A stretch of 64,000 nucleotides of DNA from an uncultured Candidatus Saccharibacteria bacterium (GCA_964431415.1 CAYSJS010000003.1:36422-100421), one strand, 5' to 3'; shown: positions 29,256-38,251, counted from the stretch's first letter. Notes: a model not told the origin generated them from the sequence alone. Translations and numbers: made by a program.

Positions 29256-30716
29256 TTACTTATTACCGCTTTTAGCCGGTTCAAGTTCAATCTTCGGAAA
29301 TAGCACCGCTTTTGGCGGCTGCAACAGTCCTTCGGCAAAAATATTCTTGATCGCTTGAGCCGTGTCTGGCAGGAAAGGTACCAGCAGCTCTGCAATCTCA
29401 AGCAGATCGCTCACCATATTCGCTAGTACTTCACGCAGATGCTCGGCATCGTTTTCTTTCGCAATCACCCACGGCTTTTGCTCGTCAATATATTGGTTAA
29501 GCCCGCGGACTTGCTCCCACACACTGTCCAAAGCTCTGTCAAACCTAAACTCAGCCAATGACTCGTGGTACACGGCCGCATCATGTTCGGAGGCAGGAAT
29601 ATCGCCAATGAGGCCATTCTGATACTTCTCGATCATGACTGCCGTACGCTGCACGGCATTGCCGAGCTCATTGCCCAGTTCATTGTTATAAGCCCGATTA
29701 AACTCTTCCCAGGTAAAATCGCCGTCGCCATAACTTGGCACATGACGCAGGAAGAAATAGCGGAATGCGTCAACACCGTATGTTTTGACAATTTCATGCG
29801 GATTAATCACATTACCGAGACTTTTACTTATCTTTTGTCCGGACACATTCACAAAACCATGCACATACAGGTTTTTTGGCAGCGGCAGCCCGAGCCCAAG
29901 CAGAATTCCCGGCCATATAGCCGCATGAAAGCGAATAATGTCTTTACCAATAACCTGAACATTGGACGGCCAAAAATCTTTAAAGTCTTTATGTTCCGGG
30001 TAGCCAAGCACCGTTATATAGTTTAATAGCGCCTCGAACCACACATACATCACCTGCTTCGGATCGCCCGGCACCGGTATTCCCCATTTAATTTTGCTCT
30101 TTGGCCGCGAAATACTAATATCTTCCAAACCATCCTTCAGTACGGCCAAAATTTCATTCCGCTTCGTTTCCGGAACGATATTAAAGGACCCGTTCTCTAT
30201 GGCTTTTAGTATGGCATCGGTGTATTTACTAAGTTTAAAGAAGTAATTTTCTTCCTCTATTTTTTCGTACGGTCTTTTATGGTTTGGGCATATGCCTTCG
30301 TTTTCCTTCACGACCGTTTCTGTAAAGAACGCTTCGTCGCCAACACAATACCAACCGGTATAACTCGACTTATAGATATCTTTGCTGAGGTTTTTCCAGA
30401 CTATCTGTGCGCGCTGCTCGTGGCCTTTGTCGGTTGTGCGTATAAAGCGGTCGTTGGAAATTCCAAGCGTCATCGCAAGCTCGCGGAACTTTGCGGAATT
30501 CTGATCAGCAAGCTCCTGCGGGGTTATTTTTAATTCTTTCGCCTTTTCTTCGATCTTACCGCCGTGTTCATCCGTCCCCGTGCTGAAGATAACAGCATTT
30601 CCCTGCTGACGGGCATAGCGTGCCAGCACGTCGGCGAGCGTTATTTCAAGCCCAAAGCCAATATGCGGTTCGCCGTTTATATAAGGGATTGATGTCGTAA
30701 TAAAATAGTTAGTCAT
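29256..30716 (-). CDS. metG: Methionine--tRNA ligase (short form)
   Basis: HIGH-region variant IPYINGEPHIGFG, KISKSLGN (KMSKS) and Cys knuckles. 486 aa. Confidence 0.9.
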   Translation of the reverse strand: MTNYFITTSIPYINGEPHIGFGLEITLADVLARYARQQGNAVIFSTGTDEHGGKIEEKAKELKITPQELADQNSAKFRELAMTLGISNDRFIRTTDKGHEQRAQIVWKNLSKDIYKSSYTGWYCVGDEAFFTETVVKENEGICPNHKRPYEKIEEENYFFKLSKYTDAILKAIENGSFNIVPETKRNEILAVLKDGLEDISISRPKSKIKWGIPVPGDPKQVMYVWFEALLNYITVLGYPEHKDFKDFWPSNVQVIGKDIIRFHAAIWPGILLGLGLPLPKNLYVHGFVNVSGQKISKSLGNVINPHEIVKTYGVDAFRYFFLRHVPSYGDGDFTWEEFNRAYNNELGNELGNAVQRTAVMIEKYQNGLIGDIPASEHDAAVYHESLAEFRFDRALDSVWEQVRGLNQYIDEQKPWVIAKENDAEHLREVLANMVSDLLEIAELLVPFLPDTAQAIKNIFAEGLLQPPKAVLFPKIELEPAKSGNK

Positions 30717-30927
30717 TATGCTCCTCGTTTTCTGTAATTAGTGTGCTAAATAAATGTAAGAGATAGAAAATACGTGCCCTAGCGGGGCATGAGCATCATA
30801 ACATTTTCGACACGTATTCGTTTCATAGATATAAGTATACACTCCTCATCTGTTAACGCCAATATTTCACGGCTTACGCCTAGTGCTTGCTTAGCACCAC
30901 ATGCATGTTGCGGTTTTTGGCGTTCCA

Positions 30928-32196
30928 TTACAGATTAAAATCCTTAATGAACCGCACCAACACCGCATTCGTCCAGCCAAAACCGACTTGCGACGGATAC
31001 ACGCCTTCAACCGGCTTCTTTTTGGTATTTACGACGTTGTATTTTTCCAAAAAGACGCCATGTTCATTAAACCAGTCGAGGTTCGTCTTAACCCAGCGAA
31101 CGGCGATTCGCTTTGCCTCTTCTTCGTACCCGTACCGCCTGAGCCCTTCGACAACAATATAGTGAAGCGGCGCCCAACCATTTGGGTATGCCCACTGCGC
31201 CTTCAGAGATCCGAAAATTAGTGTCGTATCTATGAGCGGACGGGTTGTAGTAGTAAGCCCACCTTGCTTTTCGAACTTGGCAAGATTATCCACCAGGCGC
31301 GCAGCTTGCTCTTTGCTCGCCATACCCGCCCACATCGTGTAGTAGCCGGCCAGCGACCATACATCGCCCAATACTTTGCGTTCGTAGTTGTAGTCAAAAA
31401 AGAAACCCCTAATTTTTCCCCACATTAGTTGATTCATGGCCCTTTTACGTTTATTGGCGCGCCGTTCCCATTCGTCTGCACGCTTAACCTTGCCTGCGAT
31501 CATCGCCGCGCGAGCAAAATCGGTCTCGTACTTATACAGCAGCGCATTTAGATCAACCGGCAGAAAGTCGAGGCATTTACGCTCAAAACGCGTCGTCATA
31601 TCCCAACCGCTTTCCGCCTCTGCGAGGTCATGCAGCACATTCACGTCATAGTAGCGGCTCAGGCCGTTATACACATTGTGCCACTGCGGATGTGCCGTGT
31701 TCATCCAAACACTTTCATATTCTTCCAGTGCTACCGCCATATGCTCTTTGAGCCAGTCAGTATCCTTTTGGTAGGTATCGTACACATGAAAAATAAAGCT
31801 CGTGAGAAGCGGTGGCTGGGAGCGGCTCGTAAAATACATGCGGCTCGCGTTAGGGATTACATGAAAACGTTTGAAAAGGTAAATAAGATTTTCGAGCATT
31901 CCCTCCACTAAAGACTGGTGTTTCGTATCAGTAAAACCAAGTGCTGTAAAATAGCTGTCCCAGTAATATTGCTCTTCAAACTGGAACCGAGAGGCCGGAT
32001 CCGCTGACGGCACAATATACGTAAAAGGCAAACCAACAAGTGTGCCGTGATCTTCGGTATGATGTCTGGTTAATTGCGTCCAGTAGGCGTCAATAAAAGC
32101 CAGGGCTCGGTCCCGCGTGCCATGGGGAATATATGAAACAGTACGGTTTAATTTATCTAAAATTGCCTGTGCCAGTGGGAGCTTCTTGAGGGCCAT
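30928..32196 (-). CDS. Alpha,alpha-trehalase-like glycoside hydrolase (GH37-like)
   Basis: Trehalase signature-like EEQYYWDSYF, RSQPPLL and a C-terminal GFGWTNAV motif. Confidence 0.7.
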   Translation of the reverse strand: MALKKLPLAQAILDKLNRTVSYIPHGTRDRALAFIDAYWTQLTRHHTEDHGTLVGLPFTYIVPSADPASRFQFEEQYYWDSYFTALGFTDTKHQSLVEGMLENLIYLFKRFHVIPNASRMYFTSRSQPPLLTSFIFHVYDTYQKDTDWLKEHMAVALEEYESVWMNTAHPQWHNVYNGLSRYYDVNVLHDLAEAESGWDMTTRFERKCLDFLPVDLNALLYKYETDFARAAMIAGKVKRADEWERRANKRKRAMNQLMWGKIRGFFFDYNYERKVLGDVWSLAGYYTMWAGMASKEQAARLVDNLAKFEKQGGLTTTTRPLIDTTLIFGSLKAQWAYPNGWAPLHYIVVEGLRRYGYEEEAKRIAVRWVKTNLDWFNEHGVFLEKYNVVNTKKKPVEGVYPSQVGFGWTNAVLVRFIKDFNL

Positions 32197-32423
32197 TCCC
32201 CCACTCTAACACGACGCTTACTGGCAGATGCAAGTCTAATATATTGTCCTTAAATGCCAAAGCGAGCAGTGTTGACAGTGGTATGGAGCGAGCTGTATGT
32301 CATGCCGAAAAGCCGCGACGGTTGCCGCCGCTTCAGCTTCTTTTTTGGTGTTTAGGGCCAGTTTTTCGGCACACGGCAAAGGCTTTTCTTGTTCCATACC
32401 ACATATTCTATCAGCTCCGCATT

Positions 32424-32467
32424 CTAAAAAATGTCCTGCCGCAAACTTAATCTTCGCGGCAGGACAT
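32424..32467 (-). terminator. Rho-independent terminator on the minus strand
   Basis: Perfect 12-bp inverted repeat ATGTCCTGCCGC / GCGGCAGGACAT (32431-32442 and 32456-32467) with a 12-nt loop. On the minus strand it is followed by TTTTTT (A-run at 32425-32430 on the plus strand). It lies about 230 nt upstream of the trehalase start. Confidence 0.55.
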
Positions 32468-32872
32468 GTTGATGACGCCAAAATCTAGGCTTTAGCTTTT
32501 TTTGGCTTTTTTACTTCTTTTCGACCTTTGTCTTTACTCATTACCGTTCCCCTTATGCTTATCTAGCCATACCTAGTATGTATCAGGAAGTATTTGATTT
32601 CAAGCGGCTCATTACCTCATTGGTAAACTAATAAGGAAGCAGCCTTCTTATCCAGTGACCACTCGTCCCTGAATTAATACATTCAGTGTCACCTTCTTTT
32701 TTGGGGCTGCTTCCTTTGTACCTCCTGACTAAAAAGTCAGTACTATAAGTTTGCCTGTTTGCATATACCGATGCTGTGAGGATTATTACAAAGCTTATGT
32801 TTTACTGGTAAAATTTGACATAAGTGGTATAATTATAAGACTCATCAAAATAAGATGAGAGCACAAATACGA

Positions 32873-33271
32873 GGGGCTGAATGCTTCGACATTTGGATTT
32901 ACAAGTTGGGTCGTGTCAGGTCGCTTGCTCAGCGTCATAGGGCAAAATTAATAAATGCAACAGCATCTATTCGCAATGCTAGAGCTACTGTAGCAGCTAT
33001 GCTGCAACGCAGTAACTTTACGCTTGCACCACAATTTGCTTAATAGCTAATTGGACTATTCGCTCGACATCAGATAAAGCGTCTTAGTCTTATATCATCT
33101 GGTTGCTTACGAGCCCTTACCTTAAGCTCGTACTAAGACAAGTGAGGTCGCTGCATTTTGTTATTTTGGATATTTTATAGACAAAGTGCCTAAGATTTTA
33201 AAATAGCCTAAACCTGTAGAGCGCCAACAAGTAACTGAATGGACGCGGTTTCAACACCGCCAGCTCCACCA
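32873..33271 (+). ncRNA. ssrA: tmRNA (SsrA)
   Basis: 5' end GGGGCUGAAUGCUUCGAC matches the tmRNA consensus GGGGCUGAUUCUGGAUUCGAC. 3' end GGACGCGGUUUCAACACCGCCAGCUCCACCA matches the tRNA-like T-arm and acceptor (GGGGCUG pairs with CAGCUCC). The internal tag reading frame ends ...NFTLAPQFA followed by a double stop taa-tag. Confidence 0.8.
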
Positions 33272-33399
33272 TTCTTCGCTCATTATAAATAATGAGCTAC
33301 GAATGGCAGGCCATTTGCCATAGGCGGCTTGCCATTTTTAGCTCAGGCGAAGAATGCCCTCCATAGCCTTTAGGCGACGGATGGGCTACTATTCTCTTC

Positions 33400-33639
33400 A
33401 TGAACTATGTCTATATTCTAAAAAGCATTAACTACGACCAGATATATATTGGCCAAACAGCGGATCTACAAAGAAGACTAAAAGATCACAACTCCGGCAA
33501 AACCAGTCATACGTCAAAGTTTAAACCATGGAACATTATAAGTTACTGTGCATTTTCTACTAAGGAAAAAGCGCTTGGATTTGAAAAGTATTTAAAAACT
33601 TCATCTGGCAAAGCTTTTATGCGCAAACGTCTATTATAA
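33400..33639 (+). CDS. Small GIY-YIG nuclease-family protein
   Basis: N-terminal YVYILKSINYDQIYIGQTADLQRRLKDHN is a GIY-(x10)-YIG motif with the conserved Arg. 79 aa. It lies immediately 3' of the tmRNA gene. Confidence 0.7.
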   Translation: MNYVYILKSINYDQIYIGQTADLQRRLKDHNSGKTSHTSKFKPWNIISYCAFSTKEKALGFEKYLKTSSGKAFMRKRLL

Positions 33640-33664
33640 ATACCAGCGTGAATCTGCAAAAGAA

Positions 33665-33700
33665 AATGACCCCGTCTTCTATACAACGGGGTCATTTTTA
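33665..33700. terminator. Bidirectional rho-independent terminator
   Basis: GACCCCG...CGGGGTC stem (33667-33673 and 33687-33693) flanked by an A-run upstream and TTTTT downstream. It lies between the convergent GIY-YIG and MFS genes. Confidence 0.7.
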
Positions 33701-33712
33701 TACAAGCCAGTT

Positions 33713-35029
33713 CTAATGCATGCCGACGGGGGCCGCAGCACCATCATCCTGGTGCAGAACGTGCTTAGCCGGTTTATAGAAGACGTTAAATACCAGTGCG
33801 CCAACAATAATAGTTGAACCGCCAACCAATACCGGCACATTGACGCCCAGAGTTGCGATATAGCCGGCAATAATAGCCGGGATCGACTGTGCAAGAGCCT
33901 GAACGCTGGCTTCGATTCCGAGCACTTCACCCTGGATCTTTTTGTCGGCAGAAAGGCTCACTAGCGCCGATACGTTAGCCATAGTCAGACCGTTAAATAT
34001 GGCAATGAGAGGCGCTACCATCAAGAGCTGTGCGGTATTATTCGGCAGCAGCTGCATGAACAAAGCTATACCATTCCCGAGCAAACTGATACGCAAAATC
34101 TGGTAGTTCTTAAAGCGCTTTGCAAGTATCGGCGTAAGCACAGCCTGGGTTACCGCTATACAAATACCAATGTACGCAAAGAAGTCACCGACGTTATTAA
34201 CTTTAAACCCAAGCTTTTCGATAAGCAGAATCTGGAAGAAGGTTGTAAAGAACGTAAAGCCGCCCCAGAACAAAAATTCCGATGCAAATATAATACGCAA
34301 ACTTGGGTGCGCTGCAGCTTTTCTGATGTTTTCGATTGACTTGCCCCAAGCCATTTTGAGCTTAGCGTTAATATGCTGGTGGGTTTCTGGCAGAATAAAC
34401 AGAACGAGCAGAGTGTTAACAACGCTTAAGATTGCCGCAAACCAAAATGGAACAGCCGGACCAAACCAATGCGGCGTCGTAAACAAACCAAAGAAGCTCG
34501 TGCCCGGTGCTGCCAGGCGGGCGCCAAGATATGGCCCAGCCACAAACCCGATACCAAACGCCGCACCTATAAGCGCAAAGTTTGTGGTACGTTTTTCGGG
34601 CGGACTCACATCGGCTATTACCGCACGCGCAACACTTAAGTTACCGCCCGTTATGCCGTCCATTGCCCGGGCAAAGAAGAGCAGGGGTATGTTTTTAGTA
34701 ATGATACCGATAGCAAAAAGAGCGTACCCAACTGCCGTTCCAAAAAGACTGAAACTCAAGATCGACTTACGACCGTAGCGGTCACTCAACTGCCCTAAGA
34801 TAGGCGTTGCCAAAAACTGCATCAGCGGATAAATTGCCGTCAGCCACCCGAGCATGATTAATGAACCTTTAAAGCTATACCCGGCCGGTTCAAAAATACG
34901 AAAAATAAGCTGCGGCAAGACCGGCATTAAGATGCTCACCCCAAGCACATCAAGGAAAATAGTCGAAATAACTATAGGAAGCGCCCGATGCTCTAGACGC
35001 GAATTAAGTTTACTTTTTGTTTGCTTCAT
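33713..35029 (-). CDS. MFS transporter (drug:H+ antiporter-like, 12 TM)
   Basis: Multiple TM helices and an MFS motif-A-like loop (GQLSDRYGRKS). It overlaps the marR-family gene end by 4 bp. Confidence 0.85.
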   Translation of the reverse strand: MKQTKSKLNSRLEHRALPIVISTIFLDVLGVSILMPVLPQLIFRIFEPAGYSFKGSLIMLGWLTAIYPLMQFLATPILGQLSDRYGRKSILSFSLFGTAVGYALFAIGIITKNIPLLFFARAMDGITGGNLSVARAVIADVSPPEKRTTNFALIGAAFGIGFVAGPYLGARLAAPGTSFFGLFTTPHWFGPAVPFWFAAILSVVNTLLVLFILPETHQHINAKLKMAWGKSIENIRKAAAHPSLRIIFASEFLFWGGFTFFTTFFQILLIEKLGFKVNNVGDFFAYIGICIAVTQAVLTPILAKRFKNYQILRISLLGNGIALFMQLLPNNTAQLLMVAPLIAIFNGLTMANVSALVSLSADKKIQGEVLGIEASVQALAQSIPAIIAGYIATLGVNVPVLVGGSTIIVGALVFNVFYKPAKHVLHQDDGAAAPVGMH

Positions 35030-35032
35030 GAC

Positions 35033-35494
35033 TTATATTTCCTTACATACAGTCGTTACTTTAATAAATATCTTTTCCAGCAGCTCGTTTAACTTCTGCA
35101 TATCCTTTTCGTCCAGATCCGCGAAGAAAGGCTCGTACTCTTTCAGGAGTATCTTCATGGCGTTCTGAGCAAATAGCCTGCCCGTTTCACTCAACACGAC
35201 AACATGATTACGCCGATTTTCCGGATCAACCTCGACAGAAAGTAAGCCTTGGTCGTTGAGAAGCCGTATTTGGCGACTCACGGCTGCCTCTGTTTGGTTG
35301 AGCCAACCGGCAATGTTGGTCTGCAATACCCCTTCGCTGTGTTTATATAGCATCCAGAGAATTTTGAACTGCGACATGCCATATCCGTACGAATCTTGCA
35401 GTGTACGGTCGGCTACACGACCCAGCACTGTGCTTAAACGATGTATGTTTGTTGCAACTTCCGACAGGTCAGACATGGCGCACCTTTTTAACAT
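35033..35494 (-). CDS. MarR-family transcriptional regulator
   Basis: Winged-helix region (MSQFKILWMLY...TNIAGWLNQTEAAVSRQIRLLNDQGLL...DPENRRN). The true start is likely MSDLS at 35474-35476. Confidence 0.8.
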   Translation of the reverse strand: MLKRCAMSDLSEVATNIHRLSTVLGRVADRTLQDSYGYGMSQFKILWMLYKHSEGVLQTNIAGWLNQTEAAVSRQIRLLNDQGLLSVEVDPENRRNHVVVLSETGRLFAQNAMKILLKEYEPFFADLDEKDMQKLNELLEKIFIKVTTVCKEI

Positions 35495-35513
35495 GTTAAA
35501 GTTAACATGTTAA
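35487..35513. promoter_or_regulatory. Putative MarR operator: two copies of the perfect palindrome TTAACATGTTAA separated by 3 bp
   Basis: TTAACATGTTAA at 35487-35498 and 35502-35513, at or immediately upstream of the marR-MFS operon start. Confidence 0.55.
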
Positions 35514-35587
35514 GTATCAGGGTGTCAACAATAATGTCCGATTATATACACTTGTAGTTATTTTTACACCAAAAAAGGGCAGGGGCT

Positions 35588-36412
35588 TTAGCTGGCTGAC
35601 CGCCAACATTCATATAGCCTGTGCCAATCTTCTAGCGACAGGTTTTGAGCCCGCAAATTTCCGTCTACACCCGCCTGTTCAAGCAGCTCATCTGCCGCCT
35701 GCTTTGAAAGCTGTAATCCCCCGCTCAAAGAACTTCTTAGCTTCTTTCGCCTTTCCGAAAAACCGGCTTTGACCAGTCTAAAAAATACCTGGGTATCTAC
35801 ACCCTTAAAAAGCGGTTCTCGGCGATACTCGAGCATCAATACTTGCGAGTCTACCTTTGGAGGCGGCGTAAATAATGCGGCCGGTACTACGGGGCCAAGC
35901 CCTACTTTGCAATAAAACTGCGTTGTTATACTCAGCAAACTTGTCTGCCCGGGGCGGGCACACACTCGCTCTGCCACTTCTTTCTGTACCAAAAGCGCTG
36001 CCGATGTGAACGGATTTGGGCTCTCGCACATACGCCTCAGCAGGTTACTAGTCAGATAATATGGTATGTTGGCAACCACCTTATAGCCGCGCGGTAGCTG
36101 GGTAAAGTCAAAATCAAGAATGTCACCGTTAATGACCTCTAGGTTTTCATCCGGAACCCGAAATGGCAGTTCAGTCGCCAATACGTCGTCAAACTCAACC
36201 GCGACTACTTTTGTGGCAACCTTGCATAGCTCTTTTGTAAGCGTACCAAGCCCCGGCCCAACCTCGAGCACCACATCACCCGGCTCCACCTGCGCAGAAG
36301 CAACTATAGCACTGAGGGCCTCATGGTCCTGCAGCCAGTGTTGTCCTAAACTCTTTTTTGGTCTTTCTTCGCTCATCGTATGTATTTCATAGTGTATAGC
36401 ATCCCCCGCCAA
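35588..36412 (-). CDS. rsmA: 16S rRNA (adenine1518/1519-N6)-dimethyltransferase RsmA/KsgA
   Basis: KKSLGQHWL start, SAM motif VLEVGPGLGTLT and NIPY motif. Confidence 0.9.
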   Translation of the reverse strand: MAGDAIHYEIHTMSEERPKKSLGQHWLQDHEALSAIVASAQVEPGDVVLEVGPGLGTLTKELCKVATKVVAVEFDDVLATELPFRVPDENLEVINGDILDFDFTQLPRGYKVVANIPYYLTSNLLRRMCESPNPFTSAALLVQKEVAERVCARPGQTSLLSITTQFYCKVGLGPVVPAALFTPPPKVDSQVLMLEYRREPLFKGVDTQVFFRLVKAGFSERRKKLRSSLSGGLQLSKQAADELLEQAGVDGNLRAQNLSLEDWHRLYECWRSAS

Positions 36413-36429
36413 AACGGCGAACTAAAAAA

Positions 36430-37716
36430 CTACCACCAATGCTTCACGACCCAGGAATTATATGCCGCTTCCCAGCTACCGTAGCGGGTGATTGCATAAT
36501 TAGAACACCACTTCATCTGCGTTACTGCGCTCGTCTGCCAGTCCGCTCCGGCCGAAGCCATCTTTATACCCGGCGTCGCCTGACACAAACCATAACCCGT
36601 GGAGGTGTTAGAAATCGCTCCTGCAAACGGTTCCTCAAAATATGGCGGGCACGTTTTCTGACCCTGGAAACGCGTCGGGCACCACATACCGTTCTCACGG
36701 TTAATAATGTAATACACATACGGGAAATCACTGTCGGCAATACCCGCCGCCCGCATGACTGCCTCTTTATCTGAAGGAATTTGCACCGCTTGGCCTCGCG
36801 CCACCACTTGCTTGACCGGTTCCTGAATGATTACTTCCTGAATTATCTTCCGGCCCACTTCGACGCCGTTTTTAAGCTCAATCTGGTACGTTACCGACTT
36901 TTTACCGGCACTTCCACTCTGGCGAACCGCACTCGTACCAAACGACAAACTCGTATCCATCACCGTCTCGGTAGGCATAGGGATGGTGACCTCCTCAGTC
37001 ACTACCTGCGTGCCATTACGCGTCACAAACACAAGCGTAGAAGGTGTAAGTTCCGTATCAAGCCCCGGCAGTACCGTATCGTCAGCGGCAAGTTTTACTT
37101 GTTTTTCGTCCAATAGTTCTTTAACTGTTTTTGCATGGGTGCGTACCGCCAAACTCGTCCCATATAAGTTTAAGTTCGCTGGTGTTGCGCGTGAAATAAT
37201 TACCTTGTTGCCAATGCTCCCGTCTTTCAAAAAGTCATCGCTCGGCCCTGTCGTAACAATGTCTTCTGCATACAGTCTTGCCCCAGTCTGCTCGGCCATG
37301 CTGCGCGGCGTCAGAGCCGCACTTAAGCCAAGCATCTTCGTGTCACCGTCGTACACCACTACCGGTGCCGCACGGTACACATTAACCCGAAAATTATCTT
37401 CTTCAATCTTGGTGTCTAAACTCGGCTCTACCACGTCACCTTCGTTGACGGATATCATTTCTTTCTCAAGAAAATCGCCCACCGTTTCTTCTCTTGTAGG
37501 CAAGGTGCTGGTTTTGCGGTCGGCATATAAAATTACTACTTTGGCATCAGAAATTGCAGCGTCTCGGCCGGTCAGAGAGAAAAACAAAATGGCCGAAAAA
37601 GCGCACACCGTTACAGCCGCGCCCATACCGAGCAAGCGCGGATGTGCGTGCAGATGCTTATCTATTTTACGCAGGCGGCGGCGAAGTAAAAACCGGTATC
37701 GTTTTATGCGATGCAC
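36430..37716 (-). CDS. YabE/RpfB-like cell-wall protein: N-terminal TM, DUF348-like repeats, a G5 domain and a C-terminal Trp/Cys-rich lysozyme-like (3D/Rpf-like) domain
   Basis: N-terminal TM. A G5-like stretch (TVMDTSLSFGTSAVRQSGSAGKKSVTYQIELKNGVEVGRKIIQEVII). C-terminal ...MKWCSNYAITRYGSWEAAYNSWVVKHWW. Adjacency to ksgA mirrors the yabE-ksgA pairing of Firmicutes. Confidence 0.55.
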   Translation of the reverse strand: MHRIKRYRFLLRRRLRKIDKHLHAHPRLLGMGAAVTVCAFSAILFFSLTGRDAAISDAKVVILYADRKTSTLPTREETVGDFLEKEMISVNEGDVVEPSLDTKIEEDNFRVNVYRAAPVVVYDGDTKMLGLSAALTPRSMAEQTGARLYAEDIVTTGPSDDFLKDGSIGNKVIISRATPANLNLYGTSLAVRTHAKTVKELLDEKQVKLAADDTVLPGLDTELTPSTLVFVTRNGTQVVTEEVTIPMPTETVMDTSLSFGTSAVRQSGSAGKKSVTYQIELKNGVEVGRKIIQEVIIQEPVKQVVARGQAVQIPSDKEAVMRAAGIADSDFPYVYYIINRENGMWCPTRFQGQKTCPPYFEEPFAGAISNTSTGYGLCQATPGIKMASAGADWQTSAVTQMKWCSNYAITRYGSWEAAYNSWVVKHWW

Positions 37717-37768
37717 TCTTTCCTCCCGAGCCGATGAAGCGTTAAAGTCTTCATCCTCAGATATATTA

Positions 37769-38251
37769 TTATAACAAACTTGGGGTAACGGGCGGCTGAT
37801 AGCGTCTTAGGGCGTACTTTGCCGCTTCGTCAATGTTCGCCTTGTGCGCCTCGCCAAGCGGCACCCACTGGTACGTAAATATTTCAGCAAGCTGCTTTTT
37901 TACTTCTGGTTTTTCGGTTATATGTACCGCATAGAACTCGCCAATATAATAAAAACCAAACCGCCGAATTGTTTTTTTGCCAAGTGGTATCAAACTCGAC
38001 TCGGGCACTGTAATGCCGACTTCTTCACTTAGTTCGCGCACTGCACAAGCACGCAGCGTCTCGCCCGGCTTGCAGCCGCCGCCCGGTAAGCTGTAGTCAT
38101 TCGTACTTATCCAGCCGCGGACCAATAGCACATTTCCTTCATAGACAACCAAAACCCTGCTCCGCTGCCGCGAAAACCTAAAATACACATGCCAAAACGG
38201 AATAAGCACATAAAAAATACACTGTCCTATTAAACCCCAGATTGCTTTCAT
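37769..38251 (-). CDS. NUDIX hydrolase
   Basis: NUDIX box GGGCKPGETLRACAVRELSEEVGI. Confidence 0.75.
   Translation of the reverse strand: MKAIWGLIGQCIFYVLIPFWHVYFRFSRQRSRVLVVYEGNVLLVRGWISTNDYSLPGGGCKPGETLRACAVRELSEEVGITVPESSLIPLGKKTIRRFGFYYIGEFYAVHITEKPEVKKQLAEIFTYQWVPLGEAHKANIDEAAKYALRRYQPPVTPSLL

Noticed and set aside
32236-32481. 81-aa Cys-rich ORF (CxxC...C...C, HCQHC) upstream of the trehalase gene; also the overlapping plus-strand ORFs 32244-32450 and 32297-32488
   Set aside because: A perfect 12-bp inverted repeat plus a T-tract (an intrinsic terminator on the minus strand) lies inside its first 18 codons. Three overlapping ORFs of similar size occur on both strands, which is typical of non-coding GC-balanced sequence. 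I treat the region as non-coding RNA or leader.
32625-32645. AAGGAAGCAGCC resembles the conserved helix-8 motif of SRP (4.5S) RNA
   Set aside because: The partner strand forms a perfect complementary stem (GGCTGCTTCC) rather than the conserved asymmetric internal loops of SRP RNA. No GGAA tetraloop context or matching 5'/3' closing helix is evident.
32855-33043. 62-aa ORF MRAQIRGAECFD...
   Set aside because: It lies entirely within the tmRNA gene. It is the tag-peptide reading frame extended upstream, not an independent protein gene.
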